A stretch of DNA of 64,000 bases from Clostridia bacterium (GTDB lineage: Bacteria; Bacillota; Clostridia; Oscillospirales; CAG-272), in NCBI GenBank assembly GCA_017399025.1, contig JAFQEK010000126.1, forward strand, positions 3,197 to 67,196, in the 5' to 3' direction. Below, one piece after another: positions 27,033 through 36,020 of this stretch. The notes beneath the pieces are model-generated. The model did no database searches. It had not been told where the DNA came from and was given only the letters and a program-made list of their open reading frames with translations. Both the position numbers and the translations under genes were made by a program. Position 1 is the stretch's first letter. Each line of letters opens with the position of its first letter.

Positions 27033-28481
27033 ATGCAATTTTCTCATATCATCAGACCCGAAGAAATTTTATTTCCGAAAATCCCTTTCGATGCCGAAAT
27101 CGGTATCCCGCAATCTGATTTCCGAAAGCTGAAACCGGGAGATATTTTCTTTTGCGAAGACGGTTTTCATGAAAGCGGTTTTTCCTATGTTGCAAATGCG
27201 CCCGAAAAAGGCGCACTTGCCGTCATTGCGCCTCCCGGCGGCGCCGAACGAATCGGTAACATCCCTATTCCCGTTTTTGAAGTGGAAAATGTTCGCAAAA
27301 GCTATGCGCTTGCATGGAGCCGTTACGAAAAGAACCCTGCAGACGGACTTCGTCTGATCGCGATTACAGGAACGAACGGAAAAACCTCCGTTTCTTCCTT
27401 TCTGCATACCCTGCTATCGGCATCGGGTATTTCTGCGGGGCTCATCGGTACCGTGGAATATACGAGCGGAGAAAGCCATTGCCCTTCTTCTTATACTACC
27501 CCGCCGCCCGACGTGCTTTATCCCATGCTGAGAGAAATGAAAAACAAAGGGATCACGACCGTTGTCATGGAAGCATCTTCTCATGCTATCGCACAGCAGC
27601 GTCTTTACGGCTTACAATTCGAAACCGCTGTTTTCACAGGACTTTCCCGTGACCATCTCGATTACCACAAAACATGGGAAGCTTATCGGGATACCAAAGC
27701 TTCCCTTTTCAAGCAAGCAAAAAACGCGCTCATTTATCACAACGATGCGCAAGCCGAATATATGGGATTTTCCGCAACGGGTAGCGTATACTATTACGGA
27801 AGAAATCCCGAAGCGGATTTTCACATCCGCCTGCCGCAATGCGACAGTGGAGGGATCCGTTATACTCTGCATTCCGAAAAAGATGTCTTACCCGTTTTTG
27901 TTCCCGTCATCGGCAATTTTCATATTGAGAACAGTGCGGCAGCTATTGCCTGCGCATATCTGGAAGGTCTTGACGGAAAGACGATTTCCCAAGCCGTCAA
28001 GCAACTGCATTCACCTACGGGAAGAATGGAAAAATTAGATCTTCCGACCGATTTTTCCGTCTATATCGATTATGCGCATTCTCCGGATGCCATGAAGATG
28101 GCGCTGACTTCTCTTCGTCCTCTTACCAAGAAATTAACTGTTCTTTTCGGAGCGGGCGGCGACCGCGACCGTGGGAAACGGCCCGAAATGGGTGCTGTCG
28201 CCGAGGAATTGGCAGACCTTGTAATTCTGACCGATGACAATCCGAGAAATGAATCACCGTGCGACATCCTTGACGATATTGAAAGAGGCATGAAAAAGAC
28301 CAATCATGTCCGTATCGAAAATCGCGAAAAAGCCATCATCCGGGCACTGAATCAAGCTGAAAAGGGCGAAATTCTTTTGCTCGCAGGCAAAGGACATGAA
28401 AATTACAGCATTGACAAAAATGGGAAACACGCTTTTTCCGAAAAAGAAATCATAAAAAAGTGGGCAACCGCCATTCGGTAA
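27033..28481 (+). CDS. murE: UDP-N-acetylmuramoyl-L-alanyl-D-glutamate--2,6-diaminopimelate ligase.
   Basis: GTNGKTS and the DDNPR motif (the meso-DAP type) are present. GGAGGA lies 4 nt before ATG 27033. The ORF-track start at 26844 would overlap the PBP gene. Confidence 0.92.
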   Translation: MQFSHIIRPEEILFPKIPFDAEIGIPQSDFRKLKPGDIFFCEDGFHESGFSYVANAPEKGALAVIAPPGGAERIGNIPIPVFEVENVRKSYALAWSRYEKNPADGLRLIAITGTNGKTSVSSFLHTLLSASGISAGLIGTVEYTSGESHCPSSYTTPPPDVLYPMLREMKNKGITTVVMEASSHAIAQQRLYGLQFETAVFTGLSRDHLDYHKTWEAYRDTKASLFKQAKNALIYHNDAQAEYMGFSATGSVYYYGRNPEADFHIRLPQCDSGGIRYTLHSEKDVLPVFVPVIGNFHIENSAAAIACAYLEGLDGKTISQAVKQLHSPTGRMEKLDLPTDFSVYIDYAHSPDAMKMALTSLRPLTKKLTVLFGAGGDRDRGKRPEMGAVAEELADLVILTDDNPRNESPCDILDDIERGMKKTNHVRIENREKAIIRALNQAEKGEILLLAGKGHENYSIDKNGKHAFSEKEIIKKWATAIR

Positions 28482-28507
28482 TGGCTCGTCTTGCTTAATT
28501 CTCCACC

Positions 28508-28621
28508 ATAAAAAAGCGACGAATCGCCGCTGATGGTTGCTTGCCTATTCAAAATTCATCTGTATTCAAGCAATGCAAAACGGCAAGGCTCATTTTGCGC
28601 AATTTCCTATAGAATAAAAAA
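28508..28621 (+). repeat. ~114-nt intergenic element, copy 2 (between murE and murF).
   Basis: It aligns with 50738-50850 and with the reverse complement of 9257-9370. The blocks are ATAAAAAAGCGACGAATCGCCGCTGATGG..., CTGTATTCAAGCAATGCAAAACGGCAAGG... and TTTTGCGCAATTTCCTATAGAATAAAAAA. Confidence 0.75.
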
Positions 28622-28653
28622 GAATATACCCAAAAACAGAAAAGGAACTAAAA

Positions 28654-30057
28654 ATGTATTTCAGTTTAGAAAAAAATGGCTTGGATATCCAAACCTTTGC
28701 AGAATTTACAAACGGGCATGCACCTCTTTCCAACGAAACATTCCCCCTTGCTTACGGAATTTCCACAGACTCTCGTACGGCGAAACCGGGAGATGTATTT
28801 TTTGCACTTCGCGGAGAAAATTTTGACGGCCATCGCTTTATGGAAGCCGCGCAAAAAGCAGGCTGTGTGTTTGCCGTTGCCGAATATATTCCCGAGCATT
28901 GCACGCTCCCCTGCATTCTCGTTGATGATACGACCAAAGCTTTGGGCGCATTTGCCCGCGCTTACAAAAAGATATTCCATCCTCTCACGCTTGCCGTTAC
29001 GGGAAGCGTAGGAAAAACCACATCAAAGCAATTTATTTTTTCCGTTCTCAACACCGTATTTCCGACAAACGTTACAAAAGGCAATTTCAACAATGAAATC
29101 GGTCTCCCTCTGACACTCCTGAACCTCAACGCCGATCACCGTGCGTTGCTTTTAGAAATGGGGATGAATCATAAAGGAGAGATTTCATATCTCTCCCAGC
29201 TTGCCGAGCCCGATATTGCAGTCATTACCAATATCGGAAGCGCACATTTGGAGAATCTCGGTTCCCGTGAGGGCATTCGCGATGCCAAAGCGGAAATCGC
29301 GGAGGGTATGTCCAAAGGCGGTATCCTGATCTTGAACGGCGATGAACCGCTTCTTGAAAATCTCCGGACTGAAGGACTGACAAAAATCTACATTGGAATG
29401 AAAAATGAAAATGCAACCTATCTTGCAAAAAACATTCGTATGGGAGATGCTCATATGCTCTTTGACATCGCTCTCCACGGTACGGAAATCCTGACCGACA
29501 TACGTATAAATGCCATTGGCAAGCACAATATATATAACGCGTTGATCGGTGCGGTTTGCGGCATGCTCCTCGGTATTTCCGAAGAAAATATCCGGAAGGG
29601 ACTTCTGTCATTCGTTCCCGCAGACATGCGCCAATCCATTTCTCAACAAAACGGTATGACGATTATCGAAGATTGTTATAATGCAAGCCCTGAATCCATG
29701 CGTGCAGGACTTGATGTACTTCTTCACACAGCAAAAACCGGAAATCTCCGCCCCGTTGCCGTTCTCGGAGATATGCGCGAATTGGGAAGCATATCCGAAC
29801 AAGCACACAGATCAGTCGGCGCATACACCGCAGAGATCGGTATCTCTTTGCTGTTTACGTTTGGAAAAGATGCGGCTCTGATCGCCAAGGGCGCCGAAGA
29901 AGCAGGTATGCCTGCGGAAAAGATTCTGACTGCCGAGGATACCGAAAATCCAGAAGAAGCCGTCCGCCTTCTGAAAACCGTTCTGCAAGAGGGAGATGCC
30001 GTTCTTTTCAAAGCCAGCCGCGCGGTTGCGCTGGAACGTCTGATCCGATTGCTCTGA
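28654..30057 (+). CDS. murF: UDP-N-acetylmuramoyl-tripeptide--D-alanyl-D-alanine ligase.
   Basis: The ORF is 467 aa with GSVGKTT and Mur ligase middle and C-terminal domains. It follows murE. Confidence 0.92.
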   Translation: MYFSLEKNGLDIQTFAEFTNGHAPLSNETFPLAYGISTDSRTAKPGDVFFALRGENFDGHRFMEAAQKAGCVFAVAEYIPEHCTLPCILVDDTTKALGAFARAYKKIFHPLTLAVTGSVGKTTSKQFIFSVLNTVFPTNVTKGNFNNEIGLPLTLLNLNADHRALLLEMGMNHKGEISYLSQLAEPDIAVITNIGSAHLENLGSREGIRDAKAEIAEGMSKGGILILNGDEPLLENLRTEGLTKIYIGMKNENATYLAKNIRMGDAHMLFDIALHGTEILTDIRINAIGKHNIYNALIGAVCGMLLGISEENIRKGLLSFVPADMRQSISQQNGMTIIEDCYNASPESMRAGLDVLLHTAKTGNLRPVAVLGDMRELGSISEQAHRSVGAYTAEIGISLLFTFGKDAALIAKGAEEAGMPAEKILTAEDTENPEEAVRLLKTVLQEGDAVLFKASRAVALERLIRLL

Positions 30058-30077
30058 TCAAACGGACAATACCTATT

Positions 30078-30131
30078 AAATCATGCAAAACAGCGGGATT
30101 GAATCCCCGAAATCTTCTATAAATCAAAAAG
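30078..30131 (+). repeat. Partial (3'-half) copy of the intergenic element, upstream of mraY.
   Basis: AAATCATGCAAAACAGCGGGATTGAATCCCCGAAATCTTCTATAAATCAAAAAG aligns with the 3' half of copy 3 (CAATCATGCAAAACGGCGAGG...AATTTCCTATAGGTTAAAAAC). Confidence 0.55.
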
Positions 30132-30170
30132 AAAAACAAATCCATTGATGCAAAACAGAAAGGAAACGCC

Positions 30171-31157
30171 ATGCTTTTATTTTTCATTCTTTCGGTACTG
30201 CTCGCCTTTGCCGTTACCGTTATTTTATCCAAAAAATATATTCCCGTGTTGATCAGCAAAAAAATGAACCAGCCGATTTATGAAATCGGTCCGCGTTGGC
30301 ACAAATCCAAAGCCGGAACCCCTACCATGGGAGGCATCTTTTTCATTATCGCCATTCTGCTGACCATGGCGGTGCTTTCGTTTTTCGCGATTGATAAAGA
30401 AATGCTCGTACCGCTCTGGATTACGCTTGCCATGGCAACGCTTTTTGCCGCCATCGGACTTGTGGATGACTATGCCAAGCTAATCAAAAAGCAAAACGAA
30501 GGTTTGAAAGCCTATCAGAAATTTTTGTTACAGCTCGTTGTAGCTTCGCTTTACATCGGCGTAATGTGTTCGCTCGGTTACATGGATACCGTCATTCCGA
30601 TTCCTTTTACCGAAATCGAATGGGACTTCGGTATTGCTTTTTATCCGCTCGCTGTCATTCTCATCGTCGGCGTTGACAACAGCGTCAATCTCACGGATGG
30701 CATTGACGGACTTTGCGCTTCCGTAACGGCAGTGATCGCCGCATTCTTCTCCCTTTTCGGTTTTACCGTTGTGGGTCTCGCATTCGATCAGGCAGTCATC
30801 TGTTTTGCGGGCGCACTCTTCGGCGGAATGCTCGGATTCCTTGTTTACAACTGGAATCCCGCAAGAATTTTTATGGGAGATACCGGTTCTCTTTTCCTTG
30901 GAGGTATGGTTACCGGACTTGCTTTCCTTTGCGACAGTCCCATCCTGATTCTGATCGTGGGATTGCTCTATCTCATTGAAACCGCTTCCGTCATTTTACA
31001 GGTCGGTTCCTATAAGCTTTTCAAAAAAAGAATTTTCAAAATGGCACCCATCCATCATCATTTTGAACAGTGCAATTGGAGCGAACGAAAAATCGTTTTC
31101 GTATCCGTTGCCATCACCTTCGTTTTGTGCGCAGCCGTATATTGTCTATCTATCTAA
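30171..31157 (+). CDS. mraY: Phospho-N-acetylmuramoyl-pentapeptide transferase.
   Basis: The ORF is 328 aa and polytopic. It carries NLTDGIDGL and the GDTGSLFLGG motif. Confidence 0.93.
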   Translation: MLLFFILSVLLAFAVTVILSKKYIPVLISKKMNQPIYEIGPRWHKSKAGTPTMGGIFFIIAILLTMAVLSFFAIDKEMLVPLWITLAMATLFAAIGLVDDYAKLIKKQNEGLKAYQKFLLQLVVASLYIGVMCSLGYMDTVIPIPFTEIEWDFGIAFYPLAVILIVGVDNSVNLTDGIDGLCASVTAVIAAFFSLFGFTVVGLAFDQAVICFAGALFGGMLGFLVYNWNPARIFMGDTGSLFLGGMVTGLAFLCDSPILILIVGLLYLIETASVILQVGSYKLFKKRIFKMAPIHHHFEQCNWSERKIVFVSVAITFVLCAAVYCLSI

Positions 31158-31175
31158 ATGAAAAGAGGTGCGTTC

Positions 31176-32417
31176 ATGCCCAATGCGACAAAAAAACAAA
31201 ACACCGAAAACCATCCCGTCCAGGAGATGATCGGCAAAAAAAAGCCGAACCTTTTTCTTGAAATTCTGAACGCGCTCCTCTCTCCCGACCGCACCACCGT
31301 TTACCGTGTAAGGGGAGGCGTTGATAGACCGTTCGTCATCATCGTCGTACTCCTCGTTTGCTATGGCTCCGTCATGGTTGCTTCCTCCAGTTACGTCTTT
31401 TCTCTTTCGGAAATGGGAGACAGTTTTTATTTCATAAAAAAACAGCTTCTCTGGGCGACACTCGGCGTGATCGCCATGCTGGTCATGTCCGTCGTGGACT
31501 ACGGATTTCTGAAAAAAGCCACACCCGCCATCTTTGCGGTCAGTTATCTGTTGCTGTTATGTGTTTTCATTCCCGGTATTGGTGTAACCAATAAGGGCGC
31601 AACCCGTTGGGTTGACTTGAAAATCGTACAGTTTCAACCTTCGGACGTTATGAAATTTGCTCTCGTCCTCATGATGGCACTTTACATATCAAAATTTGAA
31701 AGAAAAACAAAAACCTTCAAATACGGTATTTTCTGCCCCGCGTGTATTGTCGTTCTCGTCTGCGGAACGGTTGCGTTGGAAAAACATATGTCCGCAACCA
31801 TCATTCTCTTTATTATCGGCGCAGCAATGATTTTCATTGCGGGTGCGGATATGCGTTGGGTGAGCGGTATCGCAGGAGTATTCGGTGTCGCGGCAGCAGG
31901 ACTCGTGCTTTTTACGGATTACACCAAAGCTCGCGTGGATGCATGGCTGCACCCCGAAAATGATATCAGCGGAAGCGGCTGGCAACCCTACCAGAGCTTG
32001 CTTGCCATCGGCTCGGGCGGTTTGTTCGGCGTGGGTCTGGGAAACAGTTATCAAAAACATCTCTGGCTTCCGGAACCGCAGAATGACTTTATTTTCGCAA
32101 TCGTTTGCGAGGAGCTCGGTTTTGTCGGCGCACTCTGTTTGATCTCGCTCTTTCTTCTCCTGATCTGGAGAGGATTTCTGATCGCAACCAAAGCGCCTGA
32201 CACCTATTCAGCACTTGTTGTGATGGGGCTGACGCTGAAAGTCGGAATCCAAGCCGTTTTGAATATTGCCGTGGTTACCACAACCATTCCCACGACGGGA
32301 ATCGCGCTTCCCTTTTTCAGCTATGGCGGTACAGCACTCGTCATGCAGCTTGCGGAAATGGGCATCATTCTTTCCATTTCCCGATTCTCCTCCGGTGAAA
32401 AAGCAATTTTTCAATAA
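31176..32417 (+). CDS. ftsW: SEDS-family peptidoglycan polymerase (FtsW/SpoVE type).
   Basis: The protein is polytopic with a C-terminal PFFSYGGTA motif. AAGAGGTG lies 6 nt before ATG 31176 (the alternative is ATG 31158, abutting the mraY stop). It sits between mraY and murG. Confidence 0.88.
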   Translation: MPNATKKQNTENHPVQEMIGKKKPNLFLEILNALLSPDRTTVYRVRGGVDRPFVIIVVLLVCYGSVMVASSSYVFSLSEMGDSFYFIKKQLLWATLGVIAMLVMSVVDYGFLKKATPAIFAVSYLLLLCVFIPGIGVTNKGATRWVDLKIVQFQPSDVMKFALVLMMALYISKFERKTKTFKYGIFCPACIVVLVCGTVALEKHMSATIILFIIGAAMIFIAGADMRWVSGIAGVFGVAAAGLVLFTDYTKARVDAWLHPENDISGSGWQPYQSLLAIGSGGLFGVGLGNSYQKHLWLPEPQNDFIFAIVCEELGFVGALCLISLFLLLIWRGFLIATKAPDTYSALVVMGLTLKVGIQAVLNIAVVTTTIPTTGIALPFFSYGGTALVMQLAEMGIILSISRFSSGEKAIFQ

Positions 32418-32486
32418 ACCATTTACCGATTCAAAATAAATTTCCATACAATAATAAAATTCTGTTTCAGAAAGGAATCCGGCATC

Positions 32487-33605
32487 ATGAAAATTCTTCT
32501 TGCAGGCGGCGGAACGGGCGGACACATCAATCCAGCCATCGCCATTGCCAATACAATCAAAGCAAACGATCCCCAAGCGCAAATTGCGTTTATCGGCACA
32601 AAAAAAGGAATGGAAAACAATCTCGTCGGCAAGGCGGGATATCCTCTTTATCACATTGAAATGCGCGGATTGCGCCGCAGTCTTTCACTTTCCAATATCA
32701 AAACCGCATATTATTATTTTACGGCACCTTTAAAAGCAAAAAAATTGCTTTTGGATTATCAACCCGATGTAGTTGTCGGAACAGGTGGTTATCTCTCCTG
32801 GCCTCTGCTTCATGCCGCAGCAAAGCTTGGCATTCCGACCGCAATCCATGAATCCAATGCTATTCCCGGAAAAGCCGTCAAAATGCTGGAAGATGAGGTT
32901 GACCGCATTTATATCAACTTTCCCTCCACAGCAGAAGCTTTCCGCGCAACGGAAAAAGTCATGTGTGTCGGTAATCCGCTGATTACCGTTCCCGACACCA
33001 AAGCGGAAACAGGGCTTCGAGAAAAGCTCGGTATTCCGAAAAACACAAAAAAAATTCTGCTCTCTTTCGGGGGCAGTCTGGGTGCAGAACGCGTCAACGA
33101 AGAAATTCTTGCGCTTATGCGCGATGAAATCGCAAACCGTCCCGAAATTTTCCATATCCATGCAACGGGAAAAATCGAATATGAAGCAGCTATGGCAAAA
33201 GCCGCTGAATACGGCTTGACAGATAAACCGAATATCCGTCTGCTGGAATATATTTATGACATGCCTCTCTGGGAAAAAGCTGCCGACCTTGTCATCTGCC
33301 GTGCAGGTGCAATGACCATTGCGGAAATGGCGCTTCTCGGCAAAGCTTGTATTTTAATTCCTTCTCCCAACGTTGTCAACAACCATCAATATGAAAATGC
33401 AAAACGTTTGGCCGATGCAGGCGCCGCTGTTTTGCATGAAGAAAAAAATCTGAAACCCGGTATACTTGCGGCAAGTGTACTCGAAATTCTGGAAAACGAA
33501 AAAAATACCTCTGCACTTTCTGCTTCCATCCGATCGTTTGCCAAGCCCAATGCTGCCGACGATATTTATCGGGATCTCCTTTTGCTCTCCCGGAAAACGG
33601 TTTGA
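32487..33605 (+). CDS. murG: Undecaprenyldiphospho-muramoylpentapeptide beta-N-acetylglucosaminyltransferase.
   Basis: The ORF is 372 aa. It has a GGTGGHINPAIA N-terminus and a C-terminal NHQYENA motif. Confidence 0.93.
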   Translation: MKILLAGGGTGGHINPAIAIANTIKANDPQAQIAFIGTKKGMENNLVGKAGYPLYHIEMRGLRRSLSLSNIKTAYYYFTAPLKAKKLLLDYQPDVVVGTGGYLSWPLLHAAAKLGIPTAIHESNAIPGKAVKMLEDEVDRIYINFPSTAEAFRATEKVMCVGNPLITVPDTKAETGLREKLGIPKNTKKILLSFGGSLGAERVNEEILALMRDEIANRPEIFHIHATGKIEYEAAMAKAAEYGLTDKPNIRLLEYIYDMPLWEKAADLVICRAGAMTIAEMALLGKACILIPSPNVVNNHQYENAKRLADAGAAVLHEEKNLKPGILAASVLEILENEKNTSALSASIRSFAKPNAADDIYRDLLLLSRKTV

Positions 33606-33728
33606 CCGTTTGAAAAAGGAATACGCTTTGTTCCACATTACCGTATATGACGGACACATCCCTTTCCGCATATACGGTAATTGAAAAAGCGCAAAAAAGC
33701 CTCGTTATGGCAAAACAGGAAGGTATTC

Positions 33729-34526
33729 ATGAAACAAAAGAAAAAGCTAAAAATCATCCGATCCTCTCCGGGTAAAATTCTGCGCCGAAAATTTCTCATC
33801 GTCTTTTTGATGACTGCAACGGCAATTGCAATCACTTTTTCCTTTCTTTTCTTTTTCCGTGTCAAAACAGTTTCCGTTTTTCTCAATCAAAAAATTCTGA
33901 CAGAAGATATTCTTGCTGCGGCAGATATTCCGTTAAACCGTCATATTTTTTCTGTCAACGCGAAAAAAGCCGAATCTTCTATTCTTTCTCTCAGTCCTTA
34001 TATCCGATCTGTATCCGTAAAGCGTAAATTTCCTTCCGGAATCATCATCGAATCGGAAGAATATACTGCGGATTTCTATGTTTGCATAGAAAAAAAGTAT
34101 TATCTGGTCTCCGATACGCTCGTTATTCTGGAAGAAATTGATTCTTCCGAAATTTCAGGTACGGGAGCTGCCGAGTTGCGATTGCCCGAAGTCAATACGG
34201 ATTCCAAAAAATTCGGAATTGGCAAAAAAATTGTTTTTACGGAAAAAGATGATAGAGATGCCATCCCCCTGATGATGGAAACGCTTTCAAAAAGCAGTTT
34301 GTCCGATTCCTTTACCGGGGTATTTCTGGATGAAGAAGCCAATCTCACGGCAATTGTCAACGGACAGTATACCTTAAAATTCGGAAATAAAAAAGAACTG
34401 AAAAAAAAGCTCCGTCTCTGCGAAGAAGCCATCGAATATCTTTCCGCAAATATGACCAGCGTTACAGGTACGCTCCACGCTTGGACAGCGGAAAAAGTAA
34501 CTTTTGAAATCACCGGCGTAACTTGA
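33729..34526 (+). CDS. ftsQ: FtsQ/DivIB-type cell-division protein (TM plus POTRA).
   Basis: A TM segment (FLIVFLMTATAIAITFSFLFFF) is followed by a POTRA-like stretch (FRVKTVSV...IRSVSVKRKFPSGIIIE). AGGAAGG lies 6 nt before ATG 33729. The ORF-track start at 33681 is a TTG. Confidence 0.75.
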   Translation: MKQKKKLKIIRSSPGKILRRKFLIVFLMTATAIAITFSFLFFFRVKTVSVFLNQKILTEDILAAADIPLNRHIFSVNAKKAESSILSLSPYIRSVSVKRKFPSGIIIESEEYTADFYVCIEKKYYLVSDTLVILEEIDSSEISGTGAAELRLPEVNTDSKKFGIGKKIVFTEKDDRDAIPLMMETLSKSSLSDSFTGVFLDEEANLTAIVNGQYTLKFGNKKELKKKLRLCEEAIEYLSANMTSVTGTLHAWTAEKVTFEITGVT

Positions 34527-34619
34527 AGATATTTTTACATATTTTAACAATAATCGCTGTTTCAAACCTGTTTTTTTAAAAATTATTTTAATTTTTCCTA
34601 ATAATTTTCAAAAAACATA

Positions 34620-34648
34620 TTGCAAATTTCGAAAAAAAAGATTACAAT
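34620..34648 (+). promoter_or_regulatory. Sigma-A-type promoter upstream of ftsZ.
   Basis: The sequence is TTGCAA (34620-34625), a 17-nt spacer, then TACAAT (34643-34648). It lies 50 nt before ATG 34698. Confidence 0.55.
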
Positions 34649-34697
34649 GGTATTGTATATGTTTATCAAGTTCATTATTTTAGGAGGAATATAAAAA

Positions 34698-35861
34698 ATG
34701 GATTTATTTGGATACACTTCGGAAAATACCGAAACCGAAGCATACTATGACAGCGGTGTTAAAATCAAAGTTATCGGTGTGGGCGGCGGTGGCGGTAACG
34801 CTGTAAACAGAATGTTGGATTCCAACATTCGCGGCGTTGAATTTATTACCGTAAACTGCGACAGACAGGCTCTCACTGCTTCCAACGCAAAAACAAAAGT
34901 TATCATCGGCGAAAGAATCACAAACGGACACGGCGCAGGTTCCAATCCCGAGGTTGGTAAACAAGCTGCCGAAGAAAATCTTGACGATCTCAAACAGATC
35001 CTCAGCGGTGCTCACATGGTGTTCATCACAACTGGTATGGGTGGCGGTACAGGTACAGGTGCAGCTCCTGTTGTTGCAAAGCTTGCAAAAGAAATGGGCA
35101 TTCTCACCATCGGTATCGTTACCAAGCCTTTCTCCTTTGAAGGCAGAAAACGTATGATCCAGGCAGAAGCAGGTATTGCAAATCTCCGTCAGTACGTAGA
35201 CTCTTTGCTCGTTATCCCCAATGAAAGACTCAAACAGATTTCCGAAAACAAGATCACTCTTCTTAACGCTTTCGTTTATGCCGATGACGTTCTTCGTCAC
35301 GGTGTTCAGAGTATCTCTGACTTGATCAGCAGCCACGGTATTGTCAATCTTGACTTTGCCGACGTTTCGTCCGTTATGAAGGATGCAGGTTATGCTCACA
35401 TGGGTATCGGCGAAGGCAAAGGCAAAGACAAAGCAGAAGTTGCAGCAAGAATGGCTGTATCCAGTCCTCTGCTCGAAACTTCCATCTCCGGTGCTACCGG
35501 TATTCTGATCAACATCACAGCTTCTCCCGACATCAGCCTTGATGAAGTTGAAACCGCATCTGCAATGGTTTCCAACGAAGCACATCCCGAAGCAACCATC
35601 ATTTGGGGTCTTGCTTTTGACGAAAAACTGGATGACACCATCAAAGTTACCGTTATCGCAACAGGTTTCCAGGATGTAGCAAAGAAAGCTCCCTCCGCTA
35701 CCGATACATTCAGCGCATACAGAGCTTATTCTCAGACTTCCGAAACCGCTACTCACACCAATCAGTTCCAGACTGCTCATCAGGACACTGCGGACACACT
35801 CGTTCCTTCTCGCAATGTCGATGACATCGTCAACATTCTGAACCAGAAAAAGAGATATTAA
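34698..35861 (+). CDS. ftsZ: Cell-division GTPase FtsZ.
   Basis: [13 protein letters not shown] and [13 protein letters not shown] are the tubulin signature. The ORF is 387 aa, and AGGAGGAA serves as the RBS. Confidence 0.97.
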   Translation: MDLFGYTSENTETEAYYDSGVKIKVIGVGGGGGNAVNRMLDSNIRGVEFITVNCDRQALTASNAKTKVIIGERITNGHGAGSNPEVGKQAAEENLDDLKQILSGAHMVFITTGMGGGTGTGAAPVVAKLAKEMGILTIGIVTKPFSFEGRKRMIQAEAGIANLRQYVDSLLVIPNERLKQISENKITLLNAFVYADDVLRHGVQSISDLISSHGIVNLDFADVSSVMKDAGYAHMGIGEGKGKDKAEVAARMAVSSPLLETSISGATGILINITASPDISLDEVETASAMVSNEAHPEATIIWGLAFDEKLDDTIKVTVIATGFQDVAKKAPSATDTFSAYRAYSQTSETATHTNQFQTAHQDTADTLVPSRNVDDIVNILNQKKRY

Positions 35862-35876
35862 TTCCGTGTAACAAAA

Positions 35877-35932
35877 ACAGAGCAAGAATAAAAGATCACT
35901 TCCGATTTTATTCTTGCTCTGTTTATTTTTAA
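35877..35932. terminator. Strong intrinsic terminator after ftsZ. It may be bidirectional, and the convergent HAD gene ends at 36021.
   Basis: ACAGAGCAAGAATAAAA (35877-35893) pairs perfectly (17 bp) with TTTTATTCTTGCTCTGT (35906-35922). The hairpin is followed by TTATTTTT and preceded by an A-run. Confidence 0.85.
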
Positions 35933-36020
35933 AATTTTTCATAAATATTGATTCCAAAAAACGCAGAGGACAACCGTCTGAGGTTATTCTCTGCGTTTTA
36001 ATTGAAAATACATTCAAATA

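Noticed and set aside
28580-28600. A sigma-54 (-24 GG / -12 GC) promoter inside the repeated element.
   Set aside because: Only copy 3 has GG-N10-GC spacing. Copies 1 and 2 do not, and the -12 TTGC element is not conserved.
34704-36017. A 437-aa minus-strand ORF, the longest unannotated ORF in the dcw region.
   Set aside because: It is antisense to ftsZ (GGGTGTG tubulin signature on the plus strand), and it also runs across the strong terminator at 35877-35932.
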